From: Anaeromyxobacteraceae bacterium
GTDB lineage: Bacteria > Myxococcota > Myxococcia > Myxococcales > Anaeromyxobacteraceae
DNA length: 64,000 nucleotides
NCBI GenBank assembly: GCA_032654565.1
Contig: JAULAX010000017.1
Span: 64,001-128,000 of the forward strand
Reading direction: 5' to 3'
This document shows, in pieces, positions 20,271-29,623 of the stretch. Position numbers and translations under genes: made by a program. How positions within the stretch are numbered: position 1 is the stretch's first letter; the number at the start of each line of letters is the position of its first letter. The notes beneath the pieces are model-generated. The model was not told where the DNA came from, searched no databases, and saw only the letters and a program-made list of their open reading frames with translations.

Positions 20271-21395
20271 ATGCGGTCCGGCTCCATGCGTGGACCATTC
20301 GCCGCCGTGCTCGCCCTGGGCGTGGCGGCCGTCTCGGTGGCGGCCGCGCTGGTCATCGGCGGCCTCTACGAGCGGGCCGTGGAGACCGCCGGCGCCGAGT
20401 CGCTGCGCTTCACCCAGACCATGTTCGCGGCGCTGCAGCGCGGCGACGTGAAGAAGATGGACGCCACCCTGGAGGCGCTGCTGGCCGACCAGGCCCTGGC
20501 GGCCCACTTCCTCGCCGGGGACCGGGACCGGCTGCTGGCCGACGCGCTCCCCCGCTTCGCCGGCCTGCGCGACCGCGACGGCATCAGCCACTGGTACTTC
20601 ATCGGCCTGGACCGGCGGACCTTCCTGCGGGTCCACCGGCCGGCGCTGTTCGGCGACCTGGTGGACCGCGTCACCCTGCGGCGCGCCGCCGAGACCGGAG
20701 CCCTGGCCAGCGGGCTGGAGCTGGGCCAGACCGCCTTCGCGCTCCGGGTGGTGCGCCCCTGGTACGTGGACGGGCGGCTGGTCGGCTACATGGAGCTGGC
20801 CGAGGAGATCGGCCCGTTCCTGGTCCGCATGAAGGCCGACACCGGCAACGACTTCGGCGTGCTGGTGAAGAAGAAGTACCTCGACGAGGCGGCCTGGCGG
20901 AACCTCACCGGGCCGGCCCGGGACACCTGGAACGCCCGGCCGGACGTGGTGGTGGTCGACACCACCACCTTCACCGACGGGCTGGTCGACTACCCCGGCG
21001 ACCTGGAGCAGGTGCCGGCCGCTGGGCAGGTGCTCGGCGAGCGGACCGACGGGGCCCGGGCCTCGATGCGCGGGATCTTCCCGTTCTTCGACGCCAGCGA
21101 TCGGCAGGTGGGGGCGCTCATGGTGGCCCGGGACTTCACCAGCCTCCACGCCGCCATGCGGGTGGGCCGGCTCCAGGTGCTGGCGGTGGCGCTGGTCATG
21201 TCCCTGCTGGCCTCGCTGGTGATCTGGGCGGCCGCCGAGCGGCTCCTCTTCCGGCGTCTCCGGCAGGCCCTCGGCGAGGCGGAGCGGTCGGCGGGGATGG
21301 TCGGGCCGGAGCCGGGCGACGTCGACGACCTGCGGCGCATCGAGCGGCTCGGCGAGCGGGCCAGGCCGCGGCCCGGCGAGCGGGGCCGGGCGTGA
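20271..21395 (+). CDS. Membrane-anchored Cache-domain sensor protein without output domain
   Basis: TM, then FLRVHRP..GD, GLELG, LRVVRP, GYMELAEEI, then TM and a short cytoplasmic tail. Confidence 0.7.
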   Translation: MRSGSMRGPFAAVLALGVAAVSVAAALVIGGLYERAVETAGAESLRFTQTMFAALQRGDVKKMDATLEALLADQALAAHFLAGDRDRLLADALPRFAGLRDRDGISHWYFIGLDRRTFLRVHRPALFGDLVDRVTLRRAAETGALASGLELGQTAFALRVVRPWYVDGRLVGYMELAEEIGPFLVRMKADTGNDFGVLVKKKYLDEAAWRNLTGPARDTWNARPDVVVVDTTTFTDGLVDYPGDLEQVPAAGQVLGERTDGARASMRGIFPFFDASDRQVGALMVARDFTSLHAAMRVGRLQVLAVALVMSLLASLVIWAAAERLLFRRLRQALGEAERSAGMVGPEPGDVDDLRRIERLGERARPRPGERGRA

Positions 21396-23032
21396 GCGGC
21401 GCCACGCCGCCCCCGGCGCCGGCGCGCATCGCCTGGCGTCACCGGCTCTCCACCCAGCTGCTGACGCTGACCGCGCTCCTCTTCGTCACCTCGGTCATCG
21501 CCTACGGCGCCTTCGAGTGGACCATGCGCCAGGCGCTCATGGACCAGGCGCTCTCCGGGGCGGTGCTCTTCGGCGAGACCATCTCCAGCGCCACCCGCCG
21601 CGCCATGCTCGAGGACCGGCGCCCCGACGCCTACGAGATCATGCGGGCCATCGGCCGCCAGCCCGGCATCGACCTGGTCCGGGTCTTCAACAAGGACGGG
21701 AAGATCACCTTCTCCACCATGCCGGGGGAGGAGGGGCGGGTGCTCGACCGCGCCGAGGAGTCCTGCCGCCCCTGCCACGAGGGGCCGCAGCCGCTCTCCC
21801 GGATCAGCCTCGACCGGGCCAGCCGGGTGGTCGAGGTGGACGGCCACCGCGCCCTGCACGTCATCACCCCGACCCACAACGAGGCCCGCTGCTCCTCCTC
21901 GGCCTGCCACCACCACTCGCGCGGCGAGCAGGTGCTGGGGGTCCAGGAGGTGCTGGTCTCGCTGGAGGAGGCCGACCGCCGCCAGGCCACGGTCCGCTGG
22001 TTCGGCCTCGGCTTCGGGGTGGTCGGCGTCACCCTGCTGGGCGGGGCCCTGGTCGGCTTCGCCCGGCGGCGGGTGGTCCGGCCGGTGGCTGCCATCCTCG
22101 AGGGGACCCGCCGGGTGGCGCGGGACCAGCTCGATCACGAGATCCACGTCGACGACCCCGGCGAGCTGGGCATCCTGGCCGGGTCCTTCAACGAGATGAC
22201 CCGCTCCCTGCGGCGCGTCGAGGGCGACCTCAAGGCGCTCAACGTCGAGCTGGAGCAGAAGGTCGAGGACCGGACCGTCGACCTGCGCCGCGCCCAGGCG
22301 GCGCTGGTGCAGACCGAGAAGCTCTCCTCGCTGGGCCAGCTCTCCGCCTCCATCGCCCACGAGATCAACAACCCGCTGGCCGGGATCCTCACCTTCGCCA
22401 AGCTGGTGACCCGCGAGCTGGAGACCGCCGTCCCCGACCCGGTGGTCCGCGCCACCCTGACCCGCAACCTGGCGCTGGTGGAGCGGGAGGCGCGGCGCTG
22501 CTCGGCCATCGTGCGCAACCTGCTCGACTTCGCCCGGGAGGGGCCGCTCAAGCTGGAGGCGGTGGACGCCAACGCGGTCATCGAGGAGTCGCTCCAGCTG
22601 GTGGGCCACAAGCTCAGCATCGCCGGCTTCACGGTGGACCGGCGCCACGGGCCGCTGCCGCCGGTGCTGGCCGACTTCGGGGAGCTGCGCCAGGCGGTGG
22701 TCAACCTGGTCCTCAACGCCATGGAGGCCATGGGGGACGGTGGCACCCTGCTGCTCGAGACCCGCGCCGCCGACGGCGGGCGGATGGTGGAGATCGCCGT
22801 CGAGGACTCCGGCCCCGGCGTCGACCCCGGGCTGCTCGGCAAGATCTTCGACCCCTTCTTCACCACCAAGGAGAAAGGGACCGGGCTGGGGCTGTCGGTG
22901 GTCTACGGCATCATCACCCGCCACGGCGGTCGCATCGACGTGGAGAGCCCGCCCGGGCGCGGGGCGCGGTTCGTGATCCGGCTCCCGGCCATGGGCTCCG
23001 GGCTGGGCGGCGGCGAGCTGGTCTCGGAGTGA
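21392..23032 (+). CDS. HAMP sensor histidine kinase with periplasmic heme c motifs
   Basis: CRPCH and CSSSACH between two TMs; HAMP; AHEINNP, NLVLNA, FDPFFTTK, GTGLGL; GTG overlaps upstream TGA. Confidence 0.9.
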   Translation: MSGATPPPAPARIAWRHRLSTQLLTLTALLFVTSVIAYGAFEWTMRQALMDQALSGAVLFGETISSATRRAMLEDRRPDAYEIMRAIGRQPGIDLVRVFNKDGKITFSTMPGEEGRVLDRAEESCRPCHEGPQPLSRISLDRASRVVEVDGHRALHVITPTHNEARCSSSACHHHSRGEQVLGVQEVLVSLEEADRRQATVRWFGLGFGVVGVTLLGGALVGFARRRVVRPVAAILEGTRRVARDQLDHEIHVDDPGELGILAGSFNEMTRSLRRVEGDLKALNVELEQKVEDRTVDLRRAQAALVQTEKLSSLGQLSASIAHEINNPLAGILTFAKLVTRELETAVPDPVVRATLTRNLALVEREARRCSAIVRNLLDFAREGPLKLEAVDANAVIEESLQLVGHKLSIAGFTVDRRHGPLPPVLADFGELRQAVVNLVLNAMEAMGDGGTLLLETRAADGGRMVEIAVEDSGPGVDPGLLGKIFDPFFTTKEKGTGLGLSVVYGIITRHGGRIDVESPPGRGARFVIRLPAMGSGLGGGELVSE

Positions 23033-23056
23033 ACCCGCGGTCCCCCTGGAGGTGCC

Positions 23057-23293
23057 ATGCCGACCCCGTTCTCGCAGCGCTCCTCGGCCGGGGTCCCGCT
23101 GGTGCTGCAGGTCCTGGTCGCGCCGGCGCTGGGGCTGCTCTTCCTGGTGACCCTGCCGCTGGCCGGCCTGGCCGCCATCGGCTGGGGCCTGGCCCGGCGT
23201 CACCCGGAGACGCCGGCGCGGCCCGCCGGTGACCTCGGACCAGGTCACCAGGGGCCGCGCGCCGTCCGCCGCGGGGCGGGGACTCCGCCCTGA
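23057..23293 (+). CDS. Small membrane hypothetical protein
   Basis: GGAGG RBS; hydrophobic stretch APALGLLFLVTLP. Confidence 0.6.
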   Translation: MPTPFSQRSSAGVPLVLQVLVAPALGLLFLVTLPLAGLAAIGWGLARRHPETPARPAGDLGPGHQGPRAVRRGAGTPP

Positions 23294-23299
23294 CGAGCG

Positions 23300-24001
23300 T
23301 TAGCGGTCGACGAAGGCGTCGGCCAGCTCGCGCCAGCCCTGGTCGCCGAGCAGCCAGGGGGCCGGCGCCGTCAGCTCACCGCCGTCGGCGGCGGCGTAGC
23401 CGAGCCGCCCTTCCACGAAGTGGTTCCAGCGCGCCGCCTCGTCGCGGAGGAACTGCTCGGCCGCCACGCCGCTGGGCAGGGCGGCGAAGGCCATGTTGGC
23501 CGGGGCCACGGTCACCAGCCAGCCGCGCCCGTAGCCGTCGTTCTTGACCAGCGAGGGGTCGCGCAGCGCCGCGGCGTTGACCGCCACCACCACCCCGTCC
23601 ACCGGGGAGCGGATGGCCAGCGAGCGGGCGCCGGCGTGCACGGTGGCGATGGCCGAGCCCTTGGTGACGCGGGTGCCGGCCGGCTTGAGGTCGACGGCGT
23701 TGACGGTGGGCATGAGCCGCAGCGCCAGGGCGTCGAGGCCGATGCGGAGCGAGCCGCCCGCCAGCCGGGTCATCCAGGTGTGGCCGGCGCTGTACCAGGC
23801 GTCGGGCCGGAAGATGAGGCCGGCCACCTCGCGCAGCCCCAGCGACCGCTTCTTCAGCTCGGTGGCGCCGCGCATCATGGCGGCGATGAGCAGCACCGGC
23901 ACCGCGAGCAGGACGACGAGGGCGAGGACGATCCCGGCGCGTGCCGCCAGGCCGGCGAGGAACACTGCAACCAGTTCGATGGCTCCGTAGATGGTGGTCA
24001 T
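23300..24001 (-). CDS. Membrane-anchored GcvH-like protein (no lipoyl-Lys)
   Basis: GHTW, IGLD, SPVDGVVVAVN, DGYGRGWL match the GcvH fold; N-terminal TM; AAAGGA RBS. Confidence 0.85.
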   Translation of the reverse strand: MTTIYGAIELVAVFLAGLAARAGIVLALVVLLAVPVLLIAAMMRGATELKKRSLGLREVAGLIFRPDAWYSAGHTWMTRLAGGSLRIGLDALALRLMPTVNAVDLKPAGTRVTKGSAIATVHAGARSLAIRSPVDGVVVAVNAAALRDPSLVKNDGYGRGWLVTVAPANMAFAALPSGVAAEQFLRDEAARWNHFVEGRLGYAAADGGELTAPAPWLLGDQGWRELADAFVDR

Positions 24002-24053
24002 GACGTGAGTCCTTTCAGGTGCCGCGTGCTACCGTTCACAGCGTGGGAGACGT

Positions 24054-24401
24054 TCACTCCGCGTGGCAGTTGGTGCAGTCGTCAAGGCCGAAGGCCTCCT
24101 TCCCGTGGCAGGCGCCGCAGTCGCGCCCCGCCTTCATCCGCTCGTGGGTGATGACCGGCCGGACCTCCGTGGTGGTGCGCCCCAGCAGGCTGAACCGCTC
24201 CGGGTGGCAGGCCAGGCAGGTGGGCCTGGCGGCGTCGACGTGGCTCTCGTGGCGGAAGACCACCTTGCCGGGGCTGTCGGCGCCCTGCTTCAGGGTGAGC
24301 TCGGCGGGGAGCCTGGGCAGGTCGTAGGCCAGGGCCAGGCCGGTCCCCAGCAGGGCGGTGGCGGCGGCGAGCAGCAGGTTCCTGGTGAGCGTGGTGGTCA
24401 C
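24054..24401 (-). CDS. Triheme c7-type cytochrome c
   Basis: Signal peptide; VVFRHESH, CLACH, CGACH, CTNCH; GTG start overlaps upstream TGA. Confidence 0.88.
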   Translation of the reverse strand: MTTTLTRNLLLAAATALLGTGLALAYDLPRLPAELTLKQGADSPGKVVFRHESHVDAARPTCLACHPERFSLLGRTTTEVRPVITHERMKAGRDCGACHGKEAFGLDDCTNCHAE

Positions 24402-25138
24402 GGCGTCCCCTTCTCGGTGTGGAAGAACTCGCGGGCCAGGGCCTCCCAGCCGGCGTCGCCGGCCAGCGCCCGGGCCAGGCCGTCGACCGGCTGGCCGCCG
24501 TCCTGCAGCACCTGCCCGACCTCCGGGCTGGCCCGCATGGCCAGGGCCTCGGCCTCGCCGTCGAGGAAGTGACGGGCCGCCTGGGCGTGCAGCAGCTGGC
24601 GCTGGTCGGCCTCCAGCCGCGGCGCCTTCACCTTGAAGAGCCAGCCGGTCCCGTAGGCGTCCTTGAGCAGGGAGGGGTCGTCGGCCACGGCGCGGTTCAC
24701 CGCCACCACCGTGCCGTTGACCGGCGAGACCAGCGGGACCGACCAGGTGCCGTCGCCGAGGGCCACCGCCGACTCGCCCTGCGACACCAGGGCCCCGGCG
24801 CGGGGCAGCTCGATGCGGGTCGGGGACACCAGCCGCTGGGCGAAGTCGTCGACGCCCACCGCCACGGTGCCGTCGGCCTCGACCCGGGCCCAGGTGTGGC
24901 CCGGGTGGAGGGCGACGCCGGCCGGGACCTGGAACCAGCCCAGGCTGGGCCAGGGGGCCGCCACCGCCACCGCCGGCCAGCGCTCGGCGTCCCGGCGCCC
25001 GCGGATGGCCTGCTCGGCCGACTGGCGCCGCCCGCCCTGGACGTAGCGCCACATGGGGATGAAGAGCAGCAGGTAGGTGACGCCGAGCCCGTACTCCATG
25101 AGCTTGGCGGGGTAGATGCTGAGGAAGTCGCTGGTCAT
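24398..25138 (-). CDS. Membrane-anchored GcvH-like protein (no lipoyl-Lys)
   Basis: HPGHTWA, VGVDDFA, SPVNGTVVAVN, DAYGTGWL; N-terminal TM. Confidence 0.85.
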   Translation of the reverse strand: MTSDFLSIYPAKLMEYGLGVTYLLLFIPMWRYVQGGRRQSAEQAIRGRRDAERWPAVAVAAPWPSLGWFQVPAGVALHPGHTWARVEADGTVAVGVDDFAQRLVSPTRIELPRAGALVSQGESAVALGDGTWSVPLVSPVNGTVVAVNRAVADDPSLLKDAYGTGWLFKVKAPRLEADQRQLLHAQAARHFLDGEAEALAMRASPEVGQVLQDGGQPVDGLARALAGDAGWEALAREFFHTEKGTP

Positions 25139-25151
25139 GACGTGCTCCTCT

Positions 25152-26375
25152 TCAGTGACCCTGTGGGAAGGCCGAGTCCTCGCGGATGATCGGCATCCGG
25201 TTGACGATCCAGCGGAAGGCGACCACGCCCAGGGTGACCAGGGTGATCGAGACCCAGACCTCCATCCAGCTCGGCACGTAGCGGATGGGATTGGTCCAGT
25301 TGAAGGCGATGACCGAGACGTTGAGCCGGTTGAGGATGATCCCGCAGACCGTCATCACCGCGGCGATCTTCACCGCCTGGGGGTTCTTGTTGCGGGCGCC
25401 GTAGGCGAAGAGCAGCGAGGGCACCAGCACCAGCCCGACGGTCTCGAGGAGGAAGAGCGCGCCCCAGCCGGTGGCCAGGTGGGCCCAGGCGTGCCCGTCG
25501 ATGACCCCCTGCAGCTTGATGAAGAAGTAGGCGAAGGCCACCACCGCGCCGGCCTTGCCGAGCCCCACCACCAGCCCGTCCACGTCCACGTGCTTGCCGG
25601 CCAGCTGCCGGGCGAAGACCCGGTGGGAGATGGTGCTCTCGATGATGGCCATCGAGATGCCGGCCATGATGGCGGAGATGAAGAAGAAGATGAAGATGAA
25701 GGGGGAGTACCAGAGCGGGTGGAGCTTGGTGGGCGCCAGCAGGAAGAGCGAGCCCAGCGCCGCCTGGTGCATGGTGGAGAAGATCACCGAGAGCACCGTG
25801 AGGGCGATCAGCATCTTCTTGAGGATGGCGTGGAGGCGCCGCCAGCCCAGCCACTCGAAGAACGGCACGGTGAACTCGAGCAGCAGCACGGTCGTGTAGC
25901 ACATGACGCACCAGGCGACCTCGAAGAGGGGCGAGGCGCTGCCGTAGTTGAACATGGCCTGGACGATGTTCCAGGGGCGGCCCAGGTCGGCCAGCAGCCC
26001 GAACACCGCCATCAGGTAGCCGAGGAAGGCGGTCAGGATCGCCGACCGCTCGATGCCGTGGTAGTCCTTCAGCCCCAGCAGCTGGACCGAGGCGCCGATG
26101 GTGAAGCCGCCGGCGGCCAGCACGATGCCGGTCATCATGTCGAAGCCGATCCAGATGCCCCAGGGGTAGGCCTGGGTCAGGGCGGTGGTGGCGCCCAGGC
26201 CGGCGGCGAAGCGGTAGGCCAGCAGCGGCAGGCCCACCACCAGGATGACGGCGGCCACCGCGTTCCAGGGCGTCAGCAGGGAGCGGAGGTACTCGCCCCA
26301 GCCCATGCCCAGCAGCACCTTCTCGCGGAAGAACGACGGCGACCCGGACAGCGCGGCGGCGGTGGAGCTAGCCAT
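25152..26375 (-). CDS. NrfD/PsrC-family (HybB/HmcC-like) integral membrane subunit
   Basis: PWGIWIGFD, LAAGGF, DLGRPW, SPLFEVAWC, STMHQAALG, LHPLW, RLNV. Confidence 0.9.
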   Translation of the reverse strand: MASSTAAALSGSPSFFREKVLLGMGWGEYLRSLLTPWNAVAAVILVVGLPLLAYRFAAGLGATTALTQAYPWGIWIGFDMMTGIVLAAGGFTIGASVQLLGLKDYHGIERSAILTAFLGYLMAVFGLLADLGRPWNIVQAMFNYGSASPLFEVAWCVMCYTTVLLLEFTVPFFEWLGWRRLHAILKKMLIALTVLSVIFSTMHQAALGSLFLLAPTKLHPLWYSPFIFIFFFISAIMAGISMAIIESTISHRVFARQLAGKHVDVDGLVVGLGKAGAVVAFAYFFIKLQGVIDGHAWAHLATGWGALFLLETVGLVLVPSLLFAYGARNKNPQAVKIAAVMTVCGIILNRLNVSVIAFNWTNPIRYVPSWMEVWVSITLVTLGVVAFRWIVNRMPIIREDSAFPQGH

Positions 26376-27246
26376 GGTGATCCTCCTTCTCCTCGACCTG
26401 GTCGCGGCGCTTCGAGAAGGCGTAGAGCCCCATCAGCAGCGGTGGCCAGAGGGTCATGACGAACGGCGGGGCGCTCAGCGCGCCGGCCACCAGGTCGGAG
26501 TAGGGGCGCTCCGGCATGCCGGTGTTGAGCGCCAGCTTCTCGAAGGGGACGTCGGAGATGTAGAGCCAGCTGGTGCCGCCGGCCTCGTGCTCGCCGTAGA
26601 CGCGGCGCACGTAGGTGGAGCCCTCGGCGTAGACGCGCCGCTTGGCCTCCTCGAGCAGCGCCGTCCGCTTGCCGAAGGTGAGGGCGCCGGTGGGGCAGAC
26701 CGAGGTGCAGGCCGGCTCCAGGCCGTCGGCCAGCCGCTCGGCGCAGAAGCCGCACTTGCGGACCCGGGGGGCGGCCCGCTCGTACTCGTACTTGGGTATG
26801 TCGAAGGCGCAGGCCACCATGCAGTAGCGGCAGCCCATGCACTTGCTCGCGTCGTAGACCACCGGGCCGGTGGGCAGCTTGTCCATGGCCCGCACCGGGC
26901 AGGCCGAGGCGCAGGCCGGAGCCAGGCAGTGCATGCACTGCTTCTTGCCGAAGCGCGGCTGGCCGCCCGGGCCCTGGCCCTGGTTGATGACGGTGAAGAC
27001 GTGCTGGCTGGTGTCGCGGCGGACCGACAGGTCGGCGCCGGCGTCGGGCGGCGGGTTCTTGTTGGCCTCGGCGCAGGCGGCCTCGCAGGCGCGGCAGCCG
27101 GCGCAGCGGGTGGTGTCCACCAGCACGCCGGGGAGCCCGGCGTCGGCCGGGGCGGGGTCGGCGGCGCGGGCCGTGCCGGCCACGGCGAGGCCGGTGCCGG
27201 CGGTGACGCCGGCGACCTTCATGAACGCTCTCCTCGTGATCCTCAT
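26368..27246 (-). CDS. Tat-exported 4x[4Fe-4S] protein (HybA/HmcB-like) with C-terminal TM anchor
   Basis: Tat motif TRRAFMK; four ferredoxin Cys clusters; YGEHEAGGTSWLY. Confidence 0.92.
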   Translation of the reverse strand: MRITRRAFMKVAGVTAGTGLAVAGTARAADPAPADAGLPGVLVDTTRCAGCRACEAACAEANKNPPPDAGADLSVRRDTSQHVFTVINQGQGPGGQPRFGKKQCMHCLAPACASACPVRAMDKLPTGPVVYDASKCMGCRYCMVACAFDIPKYEYERAAPRVRKCGFCAERLADGLEPACTSVCPTGALTFGKRTALLEEAKRRVYAEGSTYVRRVYGEHEAGGTSWLYISDVPFEKLALNTGMPERPYSDLVAGALSAPPFVMTLWPPLLMGLYAFSKRRDQVEEKEDHHG

Positions 27247-27268
27247 GGTTGCCTCCCTCGGGCCCTCG

Positions 27269-27478
27269 TCAGGCATGGCCCGAGCCATCCAGGGTTTCGT
27301 CCTCGTCGACCGCGCCTCTCCAGCTCCGCCCCGCCGCCTCCGCGTAGAGGGTGCAGCTCCGGAAGGCCTCGCCCTCGCAGGTGCTGGCGGTGGTGACGCG
27401 GTCGATCGGGACCAGCTTCTTCACCGGGTAGGCCCGGCAGAAGACCATCGAGACCTCTTTGCGATATGGGCAGGTCAT
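27269..27478 (-). CDS. Small four-cysteine hypothetical protein (69 aa)
   Basis: GGAGG RBS; MTCPY..FCRA..TC..SC; first gene after the sigma54-type promoter. Confidence 0.65.
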   Translation of the reverse strand: MTCPYRKEVSMVFCRAYPVKKLVPIDRVTTASTCEGEAFRSCTLYAEAAGRSWRGAVDEDETLDGSGHA

Positions 27479-27500
27479 TCGCGCCTCCGGGGGAACCTCT

Positions 27501-27517
27501 CGCAAGGATGGGGCCAA
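27501..27517 (-). promoter_or_regulatory. Sigma54 (-24/-12) promoter of the redox operon
   Basis: Minus strand TTGGCCCCATCCTTGCG (GG-N10-GC), directly upstream of the RBS and ATG 27478, next to a sigma54 activator gene. Confidence 0.7.
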
Positions 27518-27614
27518 GCGGCCCCGGGTCCGGCGCCGGTGGGTCCGCGGCAGTGTTCACGCGGAGTTACCGGTGCCCGTGGCGAAAGGCGCCGCCCCGG
27601 AGGCTCCCCAGGGC

Positions 27615-27679
27615 GTGGAGGAACTCAACGGCGCTCTACAGTGTCGGAGGGGCGGGTGTGGAGTTCTTCGACGGCGCTC
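27615..27679. promoter_or_regulatory. Two GTnGA-N5-TCnAC palindromes, candidate enhancer (UAS)
   Basis: GTGGAGGAACTCAACGGCGCTC (27615) and GTGGAGTTCTTCGACGGCGCTC (27658), 43 bp apart. Confidence 0.55.
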
Positions 27680-29081
27680 AGCGGGCCGGCGCCGGCTCGT
27701 CGTCGCCGTCGCGCTTGAGGCCGTACTTGCGCATCTTGTTGTAGAGGGTGACCCGGTCGACGCCGAGCACCCGGGCCGACTGGCTGACGTTGAAGCCGGT
27801 GTGGGCCAGCACCGCGGCGATGTGCCGCCGCTCCACCTCGTCGAGCGAGTCGGTGGGGGAGGTGGCCCCGCCGGGGCGTGGCGCCTCGGCGCCGGGGCCC
27901 GCCAGGGGCGCCAGCCCCAGGTCGAGCAGCTCGATGATGGGCCCGCGCGCCACCACCGCGCCCCGCTCCAGCACGTTGCGCAGCTCGCGGACGTTGCCCG
28001 GCCAGGGGTTGGCCACCAGGGCGTTCATGGCCTCGGCCGAGACCCCGTCGATCTCCCGCTCCAGCTCGGCGGAGAGCCGCTCCACGAACAGGTCCACCAG
28101 CAGGGGGATGTCCTCGCGCCGCTCCCGGAGCGGCGGCAGCCGGATGGGGATGACGTTGAGCCGGTAGAAGAGGTCCTCGCGGAAGCTGCCGTTGGCGACC
28201 GCCTTCTGCAGGTCCTTGTTGGTGGCGGCCACGATGCGCACGTCCACCTCGACCGCCTCGTTGCCGCCGATGCGGCAGAAGCGCCGCTCCTCCAGCACCC
28301 GCAGCAGGTCGAGCTGCAGCTTGGGGCCGATGTCGCCGATCTCGTCGAGGAAGAGGGTGCCCTTGTGGGCCGCCTCGAACTTGCCCTTGCGGCGGGCGAC
28401 GGCGCCGGTGAAGGAGCCCTTCTCGTGGCCGAAGAGCTCCGACTCCAGCAGCGTCTCGGTGAGGGCGGCGCAGGAGACCTCCACGAACGGCCCCTCGGCG
28501 CGCGGGCTCTCGGCGTGGATGGCGCGGGCCAGCACCTCCTTGCCCGAGCCCGACTCGCCGAGGATGAGGATGGTGGAGCTGGAGCGGGCGGCGCTGCGGG
28601 CCAGCTCGAAGACCGCCTGCATGGCCGGCGCCTTGGAGGCGAGATCGTGGAGCTGGTGCTCCTTCTTGAGCGCCTTTCGCAGCACGGCGTTCTCCCGCAC
28701 CAGCTCCTGCTGCCCGACGATCTTGTGCATCATCATCGAGAGCTCCTCGGGATCGAAGGGCTTGACCAGGTAGTCGAAGGCCCCCTGCTTCATGGCCGTC
28801 ACCGCGCTGTCGACGGTGGCGAAGGCGGTCATGATCACCACCGCCAGGTCGGCGCGCAGCTTGCGGGCCTCGAGCTGCAGGGCCAGCCCGTCCATGCCCG
28901 GCATCTTCAGGTCGGAGATGAGGATGGCGAAGGGCTGCCCGCGGAGGCGGGCCAGCGCCGAGGGGCCGTCGACGGCCTGCTCCACCAGGTAGCCGTCCTT
29001 GGCCAGCCAGCCGGCCAGCGACTCCCGGACGATCTCCTCGTCGTCGACCACCAGGATGCGGACGCGTTCATTCGAGGCCAT
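27678..29081 (-). CDS. Sigma54-dependent response regulator (NtrC/AtoC type)
   Basis: [43 protein letters not shown]; Fis-type HTH. Confidence 0.95.
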   Translation of the reverse strand: MASNERVRILVVDDEEIVRESLAGWLAKDGYLVEQAVDGPSALARLRGQPFAILISDLKMPGMDGLALQLEARKLRADLAVVIMTAFATVDSAVTAMKQGAFDYLVKPFDPEELSMMMHKIVGQQELVRENAVLRKALKKEHQLHDLASKAPAMQAVFELARSAARSSSTILILGESGSGKEVLARAIHAESPRAEGPFVEVSCAALTETLLESELFGHEKGSFTGAVARRKGKFEAAHKGTLFLDEIGDIGPKLQLDLLRVLEERRFCRIGGNEAVEVDVRIVAATNKDLQKAVANGSFREDLFYRLNVIPIRLPPLRERREDIPLLVDLFVERLSAELEREIDGVSAEAMNALVANPWPGNVRELRNVLERGAVVARGPIIELLDLGLAPLAGPGAEAPRPGGATSPTDSLDEVERRHIAAVLAHTGFNVSQSARVLGVDRVTLYNKMRKYGLKRDGDDEPAPAR

Positions 29082-29616
29082 GGCGACTCCTCTCCGGCTC
29101 GTCGAGCCGGCGGCGACAGCGTGGACAGAGCTCCACCGACTTCTCATCGACGTCGCGGACGCCGGAGGCGCGGCTCATGACGCAGCGGGGGACGTGGCAG
29201 TGGACCAGGCCGTAGGCGTGGCCGATCTCGTGCACCGCCTCCTTGATGACCCGCTCGGTGAAGCGCCCCTCGCCGTGGAGGTGGAGGTCCTCGCGGAGGC
29301 GGGCGGTGGAGGCCACCGCCACCCGGCCGCCCAGCTGGGCCTCGCCGAAGACGTAGGTGAGGATGGGGATGAAGAGGTCCTGGTCGGTGAGCCCCAGCAC
29401 CTTCCCCCGCGGCGGCCCGGCCGCCAGCAGCCAGGCCAGCACCTTCCCCGAGGCGTGCTGGCGCCGCTTGGGGTCGTAGGTGTCGCCCGGCCGCTCCGCC
29501 GAGTCCCAGCGGACCGCGGTGGTGGCGTAGGCGTGCGCCAGCTCGGCGCGGACCAGCTCCATCAAGGCTGGCGCCATCTCACGCTCCCCGATCCAGCAGA
29601 TGGAGATGGGCTCCAT
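29068..29616 (-). CDS. Archaemetzincin-family Zn metalloprotease (M54)
   Basis: YVFGEA, HEIGHAYGLVHC..CVM..C..C. Confidence 0.88.
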   Translation of the reverse strand: MEPISICWIGEREMAPALMELVRAELAHAYATTAVRWDSAERPGDTYDPKRRQHASGKVLAWLLAAGPPRGKVLGLTDQDLFIPILTYVFGEAQLGGRVAVASTARLREDLHLHGEGRFTERVIKEAVHEIGHAYGLVHCHVPRCVMSRASGVRDVDEKSVELCPRCRRRLDEPERSRHGLE

Positions 29617-29623
29617 GGGCGCG

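Noticed and set aside
23300..25138. Glycine cleavage system (gcvH)
   Set aside because: No lipoyl-Lys, membrane anchors present, and no gcvP/gcvT in the window
25152..27246. Hydrogenase-2 (hyb) operon
   Set aside because: No NiFe small or large subunit or maturation genes; only the HybA/HybB-like pair
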